64,000 nt of DNA, taken from NCBI GenBank assembly GCA_963833425.1, contig CAWHXP010000004.1, positions 21,681 through 85,680 of the forward strand, read 5' to 3'. The notes under the pieces were generated by a model, which was not told where the DNA came from, made no database searches, and was given only the letters and a program-made list of their open reading frames with translations. Of this stretch, positions 49,935-62,052 are shown one piece after another. Position numbers and translations under genes: made by a program. The stretch is from an uncultured Methanosarcinaceae archaeon (lineage in GTDB: Archaea; Halobacteriota; Methanosarcinia; Methanosarcinales; Methanosarcinaceae). The number at the start of each line of letters is the position of its first letter. The first letter of the stretch is position 1.

Positions 49935-50901
49935 GAATCATGAACTCTATCAAAAATATTACTTTTTCAAAAATCTCAACATCGTCGGTATTCAAGAGAA
50001 AAACGGTATCTGAGCACCTACTATCCACATGAATATAGCTCAGTCTAGAAAGAGTCCTAATTTTGAGACAAGACTACATTAGGTGGGATGAACATACTGA
50101 TATCAAAGAAATTTAATCATTGGTCGCCCAAATGAACTCTGAATCCATTGAAATGATCAGAGCTACTAAATCATTATACATAATAACTAAATCCCCTTGA
50201 AATCGATATTATGAGAATTTCTTTAGTTCCGAAACAACCTATACAAAATCAACTTAAATTTATCTGGAAAAGTTTAGAGAAAGATATTTGGAAAGAATCC
50301 GTCTAACCAGCTACATAACTATGAGAATTGGCAGAGATAAATATACAAAGCTAGCTAAATCAGAATCATTTGCTCAGAATTAATTAGAGATATTTAATGA
50401 ACAAATATAAAAATATAAGTAACTGCTAAGCTAACTACAATTAGCTATATTTTGCCATCAGATAACATTTTTATGTCCGGGCAAGATTCTCGCTGATAAT
50501 AAAATTCTTGATAAGAGCATCAGAGTATTCATTCAAAATGTTTTAAACTCGATGAGCTAGGATTCCTAGATATTGTATAATGTGAAGTTATGTTCACCTC
50601 ATTCTTCTCTCGAGCGAAAATTCATCTGATATTTCTAGCATTAAACTCCACAACTTTAAGCGTATTCAAATTAACATTATTAAACGAATTCTTTTAAGCA
50701 TAAAATATTCAGAACATGACCTGAAAACTTTCAGTAGATAAACCCTCATAACATTGGCTTTTTTATAACCAAATCCACAGAATTTCAATAAACCTCTAAT
50801 TCCAAGGAATCATTCATAGGCTATTTTATCGACAATCGGCTAAATAGTGAGATTTTTGGAGGTCATATAATTTATTCTTAACCAAAAATTGATTTTCTTC
50901 C

Positions 50902-53340
50902 CTAATCGTTCGGGATCCTCATAGCGTAGAATGAGCGCCATACAAAGAGTAACGCAACCAAAAGGAATACACTGCCAACATAGGGAGCAACGCTTCTGAA
51001 TGACTCGGATATGGCTATTTCCATGGCTAACAAACCAAACAATGTGGTAAACTTGATGATTGGATTCAAAGCCACCGAGGATGTATCTTTAAAAGGGTCG
51101 CCTACAGTATCTCCCACAATCGTTGCCTCATGTAAAGGAGTGCCTTTTTCCTGCAAGTCCACTTCCACGACTTTTTTGGCATTATCCCAGCATCCACCAG
51201 CGTTGGCCATGAATACGGCCTGGAACAATCCGAATACAGCAATGGAGATCAAGTAGGAAACGAAAAGCGCTACAGATTGATTTCCGCTTACAGGAGCTGA
51301 GAGGCAAGAAAATGCTAATGTAAAGGAAAATATGGCGATAAATATGTTGAACATACCTTGCTGAGCATACTGTGTGCAGATCTTTACCACTTCTTTTGAA
51401 TTTTCCATGGCAGCTTTCTGGCTGGCATCTTCATCCAGTCGGATATGAGTCTTGATGTATTCAACTGCTCGATGGGCTCCGGCGGTTACCGCTTGGATTG
51501 ATGCTCCAGTAAACCAAAAGATTACAGAACCACCTGCTATAAAACCTAAAATTGTATAAGGATTAAGCAAAGTTAGAATTTCTTCCGGTTGTACCCCCAA
51601 AACATTCTTAATAACCAGAATTAGAGAAAATATCATAGTTGTAGCGCCAACAACCGCTGTACCTATTAAAACTGGTTTGGCTGTGGCCTTAAAAGTGTTT
51701 CCTGCTCCATCATTAGCTTCCAGATACTTTTTAGCCCTATCGAAATTCGGTTTGAAGCCATACTCTGTTTGAATCTTTGCATCTATCTTTGGAATAGCTT
51801 CTATTAATGACAACTCGAAAATAGACTGGGCATTATCTGTTACAGGCCCATAACTATCGACTGCTATTGTAACAGGGCCCATACCCAGCATTCCAAATGC
51901 TACCAATCCGAACGCAAATATGGAGGGATAGATCATTATTCCACTCAAACCATAACTGCTAGCATAATAGGCGCAGAACATCAGTGCCATGAATACAATG
52001 CCAATCCAGAACGCACTGAAGTTTCCTGCAACCAGTCCGGACAGAATGTTAAGTGAAGGACCGCCTTCTCGTGAAATTTTGACAACTTCGGCTACATGCA
52101 GACAGTTTTGGCTTGTAAATTTTTTGGTAAATTCGGGGATCAAAGCTGCCCCCAGAGTACCACAGCTTATGATTACTGAGAGCACGAGCCATAGTTTATT
52201 CAGCGGGCCAGTTACTCCAGAACCAGGCCCTAACATGTAATAGCTTACGACGAAGGTTACAGCGATTGAAAGGATGGAGGTAATCCATACCAAGCTGGTC
52301 AGTGGCTGTTCAAAATCGAATTCGTCTTTGCTGCCGAATCTTACGTGGCTAAAGGTTTTATTTAAGTAGAACGAGCCTATGGAAGTAAGTATCATAAGCA
52401 CGCGCATTACAAAGATCCATGTAAGCAAGATGCCTGTCAGGGCAGGTTGCACAGCTAAGACGATGAAGGATATTAAAGCTACACCAGTTACTCCATAAGT
52501 TTCAAATCCATCCGCAGTTGGTCCAATACTGTCACCTGCGTTATCCCCAGTGCAATCAGCAATAACACCTGGATTACGTGGGTCGTCTTCTTTTATTCCA
52601 AAGACTATTTTCATTAGGTCAGCACTTATATCAGCAATTTTGGTGAATATACCTCCAGCGATACGCAAGGCACTGGCTCCTAGAGATTCGCCAACTGCAA
52701 AGCCTATGAAGCTTGCTCCGGCCAACTCCCTCGGAACAAACAGCAAAATGATCAACATCATTATCAGCTCAACGCAGACTAGAAGCACTCCTATGCTCAT
52801 TCCTGCATCAAGAGCAATGTTTAACATTTCCAAGGGTTTTGTTTCCAAGGAAGTGAATGCGACTCTGCTATTAGCCAGAGTGTTCATGCGAATACCGTAC
52901 CAAGCAACACTGTATGAACCTAATATCCCTATTACAGTCCAGGTCAGGATAAGCAAGACCCCACTTAGAGATGTTTTCTGCAGTAAACCAAAGTAAAAAG
53001 CTATACAGAAACCGATAAAAGCAAATAATATGCCCAGTAATTTGCCCTGTTGAATAAGATAAGTCTTGCAGGTCTCGTAGATGATATCGGCTACATCCAA
53101 CATACACTGATGAGCACGAATTTTATTCACCTTTAGAAATTGATGAAGACCAAATAGCATACCTAATACACAGACAACAATACCATAGAGCAGTAAATTA
53201 TTTTGCTCCTGGCTCAAATTTGGAATCTTAAGATTTGCCTCACTGGCAGCAGCTATTGCCGGTGTTAGCGACAGAATGGCTAAGCTAAACAAGCCTTTAA
53301 AAATCGCATTAGCAACTCTATTTTCGTTTATAATCTCCAT
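50902..53340 (-). CDS. hppA: Membrane-integral ion-pumping pyrophosphatase, long form (812 aa)
   Basis: GGIFTKIADISADL, EDDPRNPGVIADCTGDNAGD, DSYGPVTDNA, GNTFKAT, GGCWDNAKK, GDTVGDPFKDT. Confidence 0.95.
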   Translation of the reverse strand: MEIINENRVANAIFKGLFSLAILSLTPAIAAASEANLKIPNLSQEQNNLLLYGIVVCVLGMLFGLHQFLKVNKIRAHQCMLDVADIIYETCKTYLIQQGKLLGILFAFIGFCIAFYFGLLQKTSLSGVLLILTWTVIGILGSYSVAWYGIRMNTLANSRVAFTSLETKPLEMLNIALDAGMSIGVLLVCVELIMMLIILLFVPRELAGASFIGFAVGESLGASALRIAGGIFTKIADISADLMKIVFGIKEDDPRNPGVIADCTGDNAGDSIGPTADGFETYGVTGVALISFIVLAVQPALTGILLTWIFVMRVLMILTSIGSFYLNKTFSHVRFGSKDEFDFEQPLTSLVWITSILSIAVTFVVSYYMLGPGSGVTGPLNKLWLVLSVIISCGTLGAALIPEFTKKFTSQNCLHVAEVVKISREGGPSLNILSGLVAGNFSAFWIGIVFMALMFCAYYASSYGLSGIMIYPSIFAFGLVAFGMLGMGPVTIAVDSYGPVTDNAQSIFELSLIEAIPKIDAKIQTEYGFKPNFDRAKKYLEANDGAGNTFKATAKPVLIGTAVVGATTMIFSLILVIKNVLGVQPEEILTLLNPYTILGFIAGGSVIFWFTGASIQAVTAGAHRAVEYIKTHIRLDEDASQKAAMENSKEVVKICTQYAQQGMFNIFIAIFSFTLAFSCLSAPVSGNQSVALFVSYLISIAVFGLFQAVFMANAGGCWDNAKKVVEVDLQEKGTPLHEATIVGDTVGDPFKDTSSVALNPIIKFTTLFGLLAMEIAISESFRSVAPYVGSVFLLVALLFVWRSFYAMRIPND

Positions 53341-54184
53341 TTAGCCGATCACTTCTCTCACAATATCTTTAAAAATAAACCGAGATTCTTAATCGTTAAC
53401 GCCTCATTTTCGACGAAAACGTAAACAGTTATTATTTATATAAACTTTTTGTACTCTTTTGCCTTATGGATAATTTTTCCCCCCGGTTATTAGTATGAGG
53501 AATCCTGTATCTCTATAAATATATGTTTTTCCATCTGAAGATTGTAACGAAAATACAAATAGATAGAAGGCAGCAATCACCTTCTTTCTACAAATACTAT
53601 ATGTTTTCCCATTTAAATACCTTATATTAAATATAAATCCATAGGAATAGAATTTTCTAGTATTAAATCAAGAATATGTTAAGTTTTTGATAGATACTAA
53701 TTCGCCTTTTTTAGCCACCGTACTATCATTGAAATTGTCAAATTAAATTTCTTCTTGTACTCACATGATCAATCTTTACTCAAAAGTTTATTAACCAGTA
53801 TAAATTAATTTTAAATAATAACTTGTTTCTCATCAAAAATAAATTCATAAATTTCATCAAAATTATATTATGTTTGCTTGTTTCCAATTACAAAGCCTAT
53901 AAAATTAACTAGTATGGACTTTTTGCTTCATTTTAGCACTTTTACTATCTAATTATTTATACAGTATTAAATAATTTTTTATTTAATCCACATAATTTTC
54001 CAACTTCATTATAAAAAATTCGATCAAAATTTGAGAAAATAGCAGTCAATTGAAAAAGGATTATCTGCAAAATAGAGTCATAAATAATGAGTCAAAATTT
54101 TGTTGACCATAAAATTACTCTTCAGTCCTTTTAAATATGAAAATCTCCGTTCAACATAAAATTGGATCCTGCAGTTGTACATAT

Positions 54185-54320
54185 TACAAATTTTTTAACA
54201 TATTTTTCCACTATTATTCAAAGTAACTATTCAGATCGAGCTAAAGAGTTTCTACAAATTTTTTAACATATTTTTCCACTATTATTCAAAGTAACTATTC
54301 AGATCGAGCTAAAGAGTTTC
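54185..54320. repeat. Perfect 68-bp tandem duplication (2 copies)
   Basis: tacaaattttttaacatatttttccactattattcaaagtaactattcagatcgagctaaagagtttc at 54185 and 54253. Confidence 0.9.
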
Positions 54321-54699
54321 TTAGCCGTCCTGTTTGAGCTTAGCTGAGCAAATTTCGGTGGACTTATTATTAACTGCATACTATTTATCTCGTGCGTTAT
54401 TTCCCATAGGTTAGTAACCAGAGGTATCTAATACATAATAATAACTATCATTCAACTGATATTTGGTAAACTGAATAGTTATTACAAGACATTAGATTAA
54501 TTTTTAAGTTTATGTCATATTTAGGAATCATATAGCATCATTATATAAATATGAATGAAGTTGATTAAATTTCTTAAAATAATTTTTACTAATAAAACTC
54601 TTGCTGATTTTGTTCTTAAAGATAAATACAAACGCCTCCAGTCATTTGGAGGCAAACTTCTTGAAATTGATTCTTTAATTATTTGGAATTTTTTTCGTA

Positions 54700-55545
54700 C
54701 CATTTTTTTAGTATATATATTTTAACAAAACAATATTTTGGAGCAAACCTGAAGCTGATATCATAGTTATGCTTAAATTTTTTTTCTGTAGCAATTGCAT
54801 TGCATTTTAGACTTTGAACTTGAGAAACAATATATTAATAAATTTCTTTCAGGAAACTTATGATTTTCCTGAGTACAATAAAACACTACCACATTCTAAA
54901 TATTTGGATCCATTCCGATTCGTGACATGCAAACGCAGATAAACCTCGAGTAAATGAAGCAAAAATATGAAGAATTGTAGACGAAAATATGCATCAAATA
55001 AGTTAATTATACTTTTGATATAAATTTCATAGCATAGTAGACAAGGATTATTAGCTGATCAAAAGATTCAAAACAACAACTTCATCACTCCATAATTCAT
55101 ATGTAGATTTATCAGAACAAAAATGAAGTGATTTGAAGAGACAGGAATACTTTGGAGCAAAATTGAAAGGCTGTGATGCAACAATGAAAAGATCTGTAAA
55201 AAAACATCCTCTGGAATTAGTAGTATAACTAAGAAGCAAGAGGATCGTTTAAAACTATCCCCAGGATAATGAATTTATTTAATATCCAAAAGGATACAAA
55301 TCAGAAAAAGTTCTTCTCAACACGGCCGACGATTGAATCTAAAGATGTTCTGAACTCTTTGTTTGTAATCTCTATTAACTGATGATATTGAAAATTAGAG
55401 GAGTATTTTAAGGATAGCAGAAGTTGCCTTACTAATCAAAGAAAAATGAGAGAGAAAAAAACAAGGTCAAATACAGAAATATAAGGGGAAAAATTTTGCC
55501 AGCATTCCCACAAAAAAATTAGAAGCACATCGAAATCGACTCTAA
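54700..55545 (+). mobile_element. Degraded IS5-family remnant
   Basis: ctttgaacttgagaaaca, gctgatcaaaagattcaaa, atactttggagcaaaa and gcaacaatgaaaaga match the 26604-27732 element; TIR-like end near 55525-55545. Confidence 0.7.
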
Positions 55546-56634
55546 TTTGTGAAATAGGCTATCTAAAGGATTATTATTTAGAGATAAGCTCCTTAAAGGC
55601 TTGAAGTTACTTTGGGAGTATAACAAACATTGAATAAATTTTGCAACGTGAGCATCATAAAAAGGGGACCAAAAGTAGCAAGATGTATCCTGATATAGCT
55701 TACTCGGGTGGCAGCAAGAAGCAAAGATAGTACATTTAAATATTTTTTAAAAATAACGTAGTATCAATTTAACATATAAAAGTAATTATTGCTCTGGTAA
55801 GGAAATTGTCACACTTACATTGCATCTGATTACAGATGGAAGATACACGAAAATGAAACAACATCCCGAAAGAGAGAAATTCAAAGGAGGAAGATTGTTA
55901 AGGCATGTACTTTTCGGTTGATAAACGTATAAAAATAAATAGCAGTATGATTATCATTTATGAAAAGAGTAAGTGAAGAGTTTACATGAGAAAGATGACC
56001 TCTTTTTTGTCCTAAATTAACAAGAGTCTCAAAATTTCAGAATAATACCAAAATGTTTTTAAGAGGAGAATTCTAGTTAAAAGTAATAACATAAACAGTC
56101 TCATTGAATTCTATAAAGTTTAGATCAAAAGACACGATGAAAATGGACTACAAGGATTACATCACTAATATTTTAATGTGACCATAAAATAAAGAAAAAA
56201 GAGAAACCAACATCTAAATGTTGCCCTGACTCAAATAATTAGCGAGCTTTATCGGGAAATCAGATTTTTAGGAATATAATGATGCAACAATGTATATTAA
56301 ATATATTTTGGATGTATATATAAGTTATGGCACATGTCATTTTTTCTGTTTGATCTCCAGATGATAAACAAAGGAAACAAGTCAATATATGAGATTTATG
56401 AGTGACATATTTAAAGTTGATATACAATTTAAACACACTGTTTAAATATATCAGAAATGTTTAAGTTCAGTGGAGTATCAACCTATTAAAGATGACGGAT
56501 AAAAATAATTCTTAATTTTTGAAGGTTGTCTCTTAATTTTGCTTAAAAGTAATAACAGATATTTACCCCCTTATCAAAAGGGTGGAAAGTTGAAGTAAAT
56601 ATTTATTAGACACAAATTCAGTTGAGGGGATTGA

Positions 56635-57816
56635 TTGCAATCTATAGTACAGGACGCAATGAAATTCAGTGAAAAAGAGAAGGAATATCGAAAAAATTTC
56701 TCTCCAGATGACGAATTTGACGAATTTGGGCAGCCGAGAATCATGATTATCGGATGTGGGGGTGCCGGGAACAACACAGTAAACCGGCTCTATAATATCG
56801 GAATTGAAGGTGCGGAAACGGTTTGTATCAATACAGATAAGCAGCACCTTGATAATGTCAGAGCCGATAAGAAGATTCTGGTGGGAAAAACACTTACCAG
56901 AGGATTGGGAGCAGGTGGTTATCCAGAGACTGGTAAGAAAGCTGCCGAACTTGCAAGAGGCACCCTCGAAGAAGTATTAAAGGATGTAGATCTAGTTTTC
57001 ATAACCGCAGGTCTTGGTGGAGGTACTGGTACAGGGGTTGCTCCTGTGGTTGCCGAAGTGGCAAAAGAACAGGGAGCAATTGTCGTAGGAATGGTATCTA
57101 GCCCCTTCAGAGTTGAAAGGGCTCGTATATTTAAGGCAGAAGAAGGCCTCGAAGATCTTCGCAGGGCAGCTGACACTGTAATTGTACTGGACAACAATAG
57201 GCTGCTTAATTATGTACCCAACCTTCCTATTGAACAGGCTTTTTCCGTAATGGATCAGCTAATTGCCGAAACAGTAAAAGGCATCACAGAGACAATAACA
57301 GTGCCTTCTCTAATAAACCTTGACTATGCAGACATCAGGACTATTATGAGCTGTGGTGGGGTTGCAGTAATGCTTGTAGGAGAGTCAAAGAACCAAGACA
57401 AGAGCACTGAAGTAGTGCGAACCGCTCTAAATCACCCCTTGCTTGATGTTGATTACAAGGGTGCAACTGGAAGCCTGATCCATGTAACTGGGGGGTCTGA
57501 CCTGAGCCTGAAGGAAGCCGAAGAAATCGCTTCCATGCTTACCTATGAACTTTCCCCAAATGCCAATGTTATCTGGGGCGCAAGGATAAGAGAAGGTTAT
57601 GAAGGCAAAGTGAGGGTAATGGCAATTATGACAGGTGTTCAGTCTGCCCAGATATTAGGTCCTCAAGCAGTATCAGGAATCCTGGAGTCCAGATCCGAAA
57701 TTGATCCCATTCAGGGAAGAAGGTTCGGAAAAATGATGCGCGCAAGTCAAAAAGGAGATATTTCAGGTGCCTGCAGACAAAAGGATGACGAATCAATCAT
57801 TGATTTCATAAATTAA
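56635..57816 (+). CDS. ftsZ: Cell division protein FtsZ (FtsZ2-type)
   Basis: [36 protein letters not shown]. The start may be TTG 56635 or ATG 56659. Confidence 0.97.
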   Translation: MQSIVQDAMKFSEKEKEYRKNFSPDDEFDEFGQPRIMIIGCGGAGNNTVNRLYNIGIEGAETVCINTDKQHLDNVRADKKILVGKTLTRGLGAGGYPETGKKAAELARGTLEEVLKDVDLVFITAGLGGGTGTGVAPVVAEVAKEQGAIVVGMVSSPFRVERARIFKAEEGLEDLRRAADTVIVLDNNRLLNYVPNLPIEQAFSVMDQLIAETVKGITETITVPSLINLDYADIRTIMSCGGVAVMLVGESKNQDKSTEVVRTALNHPLLDVDYKGATGSLIHVTGGSDLSLKEAEEIASMLTYELSPNANVIWGARIREGYEGKVRVMAIMTGVQSAQILGPQAVSGILESRSEIDPIQGRRFGKMMRASQKGDISGACRQKDDESIIDFIN

Positions 57817-57918
57817 TCAAGCAGAAGGCAAAAATTATGATCACCGACGCCGAAAATCCGGGCTTTTCTACCGGATATTTTTTGCCAATTTTTTTATAAC
57901 AGATACTCTTTTTAATTA

Positions 57919-59418
57919 GTGGTTCTATCTGAAAGTATGAAAATTTTGATTCCAACAGGGCGGCTTGCTGAAAATATCGTCAGGAAATCAGTTGGAAAAA
58001 AAGCCGATGTTTTAGTAGTAGATATCGACATCGCAGCTTTCATTAACCCTAAAAGACTTATCAAAGCATTTCACGAAGCAAAAATTCCAAAAAATTACGA
58101 TCTTATTCTTCTTCCAGGGCTTGTGACAGGAGATTTTTCGGAAGCTTCTGAAAAATTGGGATGTAAAATAAGACTTGGACCAAAGCAAGCCTATGACCTT
58201 GGTTTCGTCTTGCAATTTGTTGAAAAAATAGACTTTTCCAAAGAAATTCCAGCCTGTGAATTCCTTATCGAGATTAGAAAGGAAAAAGCTTTAGAGCTTA
58301 TAAAAAAAACCGAAGAAGAAGCTTATTCGCCCCTTACACTAGAGGGAATAAAAATTGGAGGAAGGGCTTGCATGAAAGTTATGGCTGAGGTTGTCGGGGC
58401 CATGGAGTTAGATACCCACATGCTTCAGATAAGGATAGAAGCTTTTATCGCCCGTGGGGCAGATATTATCGACTTAGGAACCACACTTAATACTCAGCCT
58501 AAGCAGGTTCGAAAAACCGTATCCTTTGTAAAAACCATTACAAATGTCCCAATAAGCATCGATACTCTAGACCCTGAGTTGATAACTGAAGGAGTCGAAG
58601 CAGGAGCAAACATTATCCTTAGTTTGAACAGCACAAATATGGACCTTGCAGGCCCTATTGTAGCAAGAACTGGAACTGCAGCAGTGATAATCCCTGATGA
58701 AGGAAATCGTCTGGAAAGCCTTATCAGAAATATAGAAACTGCTGGTAGGCTTGGAATTAAGAAAATTATAGCTGATCCTGTCCTTGATCCTGTGGGTCAT
58801 AATATAACTGAATCCATTGTTCGTTATTATGAGTTTCACAGGATGTATCCCCAAATACCTGTATTTCTAGGAGTTGGTAATGTTGTGGAACTTATGGATG
58901 CGGATACCATAGGAGTTAACGCTACATTATGTGGGATAGGAGCAGAAGCAGGAGCAAGTATCCTTTTTACCCCTGAATTCAGCAACAAGGCGCAGGGTTC
59001 AATCCGGGAACTTAAAAGGGCTTCTCAGATGATGCAGCTTTCCCGTATCAGGGGAAGTTCTCCAAAAGATATCGGGCTTGACTTGCTCTGCATTAAGGAA
59101 AAACATCGCCGTCCTGACTTTTCCCTCCCGGAAAATGCAATCCTAGCCAGAGCTTCTAAAAACTGGCATTTAGATCCTGCAGGTCCTATCCACATTTGGA
59201 TAGTACAGAATAACATAAGTGGAAATGGTGGAGTAATCGTAGCTGAGCACGAAAAAACCTCAATAGTAGGAAAAAATGCCAAAGAAGTTATGGATACACT
59301 GCTTGAGATGAAAATTGTCTCCTGTTTGGATCATGCAGCGTATCTGGGTAGAGAATTAGAAAAAGCCGAGCTAGCTTTGTACTTTAACAGAAGTTATGCT
59401 CAAGATGATGTATTCTGA
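57919..59418 (+). CDS. Dihydropteroate synthase-like protein with C-terminal DUF4346-like region
   Basis: TIM-barrel motifs GADIIDLG, PISIDT, IIADPVLDP, GVGNVVELMDADTIG, DHAAYLGRELEKAE. Confidence 0.85.
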   Translation: MVLSESMKILIPTGRLAENIVRKSVGKKADVLVVDIDIAAFINPKRLIKAFHEAKIPKNYDLILLPGLVTGDFSEASEKLGCKIRLGPKQAYDLGFVLQFVEKIDFSKEIPACEFLIEIRKEKALELIKKTEEEAYSPLTLEGIKIGGRACMKVMAEVVGAMELDTHMLQIRIEAFIARGADIIDLGTTLNTQPKQVRKTVSFVKTITNVPISIDTLDPELITEGVEAGANIILSLNSTNMDLAGPIVARTGTAAVIIPDEGNRLESLIRNIETAGRLGIKKIIADPVLDPVGHNITESIVRYYEFHRMYPQIPVFLGVGNVVELMDADTIGVNATLCGIGAEAGASILFTPEFSNKAQGSIRELKRASQMMQLSRIRGSSPKDIGLDLLCIKEKHRRPDFSLPENAILARASKNWHLDPAGPIHIWIVQNNISGNGGVIVAEHEKTSIVGKNAKEVMDTLLEMKIVSCLDHAAYLGRELEKAELALYFNRSYAQDDVF

Positions 59419-59451
59419 GAAAAACGCAGACAAAATGAGAGACGTGAGAGA

Positions 59452-59910
59452 ATGAGACTCGAAAATGAAGACAAAGAAGCAGTTTTTGAGATAGCTGCAG
59501 CGCGCTATTTTACAACGCAAAACTGGAAATGGGTAAATCTGAAAAAAGACTTTAATAGGATCATCAAAGCTTTTGATGAACTAAACGAACAATATGCATC
59601 TTATTCTTATGTTAGCAGGGACTGGTATGTCGAAAATATGTCTTCCAAGAATCTTCATATGTGCAATAGCTGGGAAGAACTCAAAAATATGGTCGTATTT
59701 CTGAACACTCATGGAAATATCTTTAATTTCCTTGTCAACACGGGAAGTGGAAAATCTTTCTGCATCTTAAGCGATTCGAGAGAATTGAAAGAAATTCATG
59801 CAAATGCAATCAAAGAAGCTCAGAAACTTGGATACAATGCTTTTGTTTTCTTAGCCACAATTCCGGAAGAAATTGATTTCCAGTTGCTGCAGGTTAGGGG
59901 AGTGAAATGA
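59452..59910 (+). CDS. Hypothetical protein, co-oriented with ftsZ and the DHPS-like gene
   Basis: 152-aa intact ORF starting 33 bp after the upstream stop. Confidence 0.7.
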   Translation: MRLENEDKEAVFEIAAARYFTTQNWKWVNLKKDFNRIIKAFDELNEQYASYSYVSRDWYVENMSSKNLHMCNSWEELKNMVVFLNTHGNIFNFLVNTGSGKSFCILSDSRELKEIHANAIKEAQKLGYNAFVFLATIPEEIDFQLLQVRGVK

Positions 59911-60099
59911 TCTCTTCCAACCTGTTTCAGCTTTCTTTTCAATTAATACTATTAAGGTGGAATGTTCTTTTTGAAAGATTATTTTAAGCTGGATTTTTGA
60001 ATTGATTCCTTGTAGGAGCTCTATTTCGATATCCCCTTGATATTATAAGACATAGCGTAAAATTACCGAGTCTTCAGCCCAGTGGATGTAAGTATCAAC

Positions 60100-60496
60100 T
60101 TCAAATTTGGTTCCGTATATTATTTTAAGCTGCTTATTCGCTGACATTGTCGATAGAATATGTGAAATATCCATCACTCCAATGCGTATATTCTTTCAAA
60201 TAGTATTCTTTCAAAATACTCTTTTTTAGTTTTTTTATAACCTAATTATTGTCTCGGGTTTCAGTTTTCGAATGATCTCAAGAGTGCTGATTTTTTGCTC
60301 GCTCTTAACGAGTAGATGGATGTGGTCTTTGTCCGTTTACATTTTTAGTAATTAAAAATCTTCTTCTTTTTCTATGTCACGAATTATCTGTTTTAGTTCT
60401 TAATCAATCGGTTATAGTATCTTTTTTGTTACTTGCACCCGGAGATAATGGAATAAATTAACAAAAATTTGCTATGTTTTTATGTTCGTATCCTAT
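60100..60496 (-). pseudogene. tnpA: TnpA (Y1 HUH transposase) remnant
   Basis: KQIIRDIEKEEDF*LLKM*TDKDHIHLLVKSEQKISTLEIIRKLK, containing the HUH motif HIH. Confidence 0.8.
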
Positions 60497-60540
60497 ATTT
60501 AGAAAATATATATTTATTGTTAAATCGGATTGAGTATTTT

Positions 60541-61645
60541 ATGATTGGAGCATTCAATTTTAGGCTATATTCAATAATTGACCAATCTAACTGACCTAAT
60601 CAACATATTGGTGTTGTAGTTTTGGCTATGATTGGGCGCTTGATCAAAAAGTAAAAATTTATATGCAAATCAGGAAATCAATTTCTAGGTTAGGCTTATT
60701 CAGACTAATTCCGAGTCTTAAAAAACAACATCAATAGTTATGAGACGTCAATTCCAAATCACTTCAGGGTGTGACTGAAAAGGTAATATCTGCATTCACT
60801 AGATTTTTTAGAGGAAAAAACAATTTTTCTAAATTTAAATCAAAAAAGAATCAGATTCAGTCATACCACTTACCACAACCTAAAATGCGGATTTTGAAAC
60901 CAACACTGCTAACTTCTTAAGATATGAGAAATCAAACAAGTTCTTCACAGCATTTGAAGGGGAATTGAAAAAACTCAAAGATTTAAAGTATTGCCCAGGA
61001 AAGTACTATCATCATTTTAGTGGAAGATGAATAAGAATTTCCAATAAGACAAATGTTTTCTGAATCTGTGATATTGGTGTAGATGTCGGGATAAAAGATT
61101 TTGTCATTATTCCGACTGAGAAAAGGTTGAAGATTCTAAGTTTTTTAAAAAAATCGTTTAATAGACTTAATGTACTCCAAAAAGAGTCAGCAGAAAACAA
61201 AATGGTACTAAAAAACGAGAAAAAAAACCAAACAAAAATTTGACGTACTTCACGAGAAAATAACAAATCAGAGAAAGGATTTCCAACGCAAACTATCCTT
61301 TAAACTTGTTAGCGAGAACCAAGCAATAACTGTTGAGATTCTGAATGTTAAAGGTATGATTGAGAGTGTCATCATTTAGCGAGGTTATATGTGATTCGAC
61401 ATGGGTAGTTTTGTAACAATATTAAAATATAAATCAAAATGGTCAGAGAAAATATTTCTTATGATAGGTAAATTTAACCATCATCTATGATCCGTCATAT
61501 TTGTGGATACCATAACTCAAAGGCAGCACTGAAAAATAGAGATTGAAAATGTCCTGATTGCAAGGCGGAACATGATAGAGGCATTAATACTGCGATTAAC
61601 ATCAAAAATCCGCTCTCATTGATCAAAATCTAATTGAAATCTGAT
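60541..61645 (+). pseudogene. tnpB: TnpB RNA-guided nuclease remnant
   Basis: MIGAFNFRLY, GVDVGIKDF (RuvC-I), ENQAITVEILNVKGM (RuvC-II), HICGYHN..KCPDCKAEHDRGINTAINI (Zn finger/RuvC-III). Many stops and indels. Confidence 0.85.
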
Positions 61646-61824
61646 ACCTGTGGGATGCTGGGGATGGACTTAAGCCTTGTTCTCAAAAGAGAAAGGAATG
61701 AACCAAGAATTCACTTAGTCTTCATCTGAGTGGTAGTTCACGCATGCAAACACAAATATCCGTTATATTGGAAACTTGATTATGAAAGCATTAAACACTT
61801 GATGACAGAAGAACCTTGGAGGAA

Positions 61825-62052
61825 TTATTCATTTAAGCAAACGGACCATCTATTAGATTCCTTTTTGATGCTGATCTTGTCTTCTCTGGCAAGCCACCCA
61901 ATAGCCATTAAAGCCGTCTGGGAATCGAAACCATTCATATTCAGGTGGTTCTTTATCTGGTTCAAACTGCATACCCCTTCTTCTAACTTGTGGTATAGCA
62001 CTCCTGCAGCTTCCCCTACCTTTATGTTCATGTACTCTGTCATTCTTATCAC
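61825..62052 (-). CDS. Small winged-helix protein (DUF2582-like)
   Basis: VGEAAGVLYHKL...ALMAIGWLAREDKI. Confidence 0.8.
   Translation of the reverse strand: MIRMTEYMNIKVGEAAGVLYHKLEEGVCSLNQIKNHLNMNGFDSQTALMAIGWLAREDKISIKKESNRWSVCLNE

Larger units (their letters stand above)
60047..61741. mobile_element. IS200/IS605-family element with divergent tnpA and tnpB, both pseudogenised
   Basis: Left-end hairpin accgagtcttcagcccagtgg (~60065-60085), right-end hairpin cacttagtcttcatctgagtgg, terminal gtagttcac (61741). Confidence 0.8.

Noticed and set aside
54185..54320. Tandem repeat as a mini-CRISPR
   Set aside because: Two directly adjacent 68-bp copies with no spacer.
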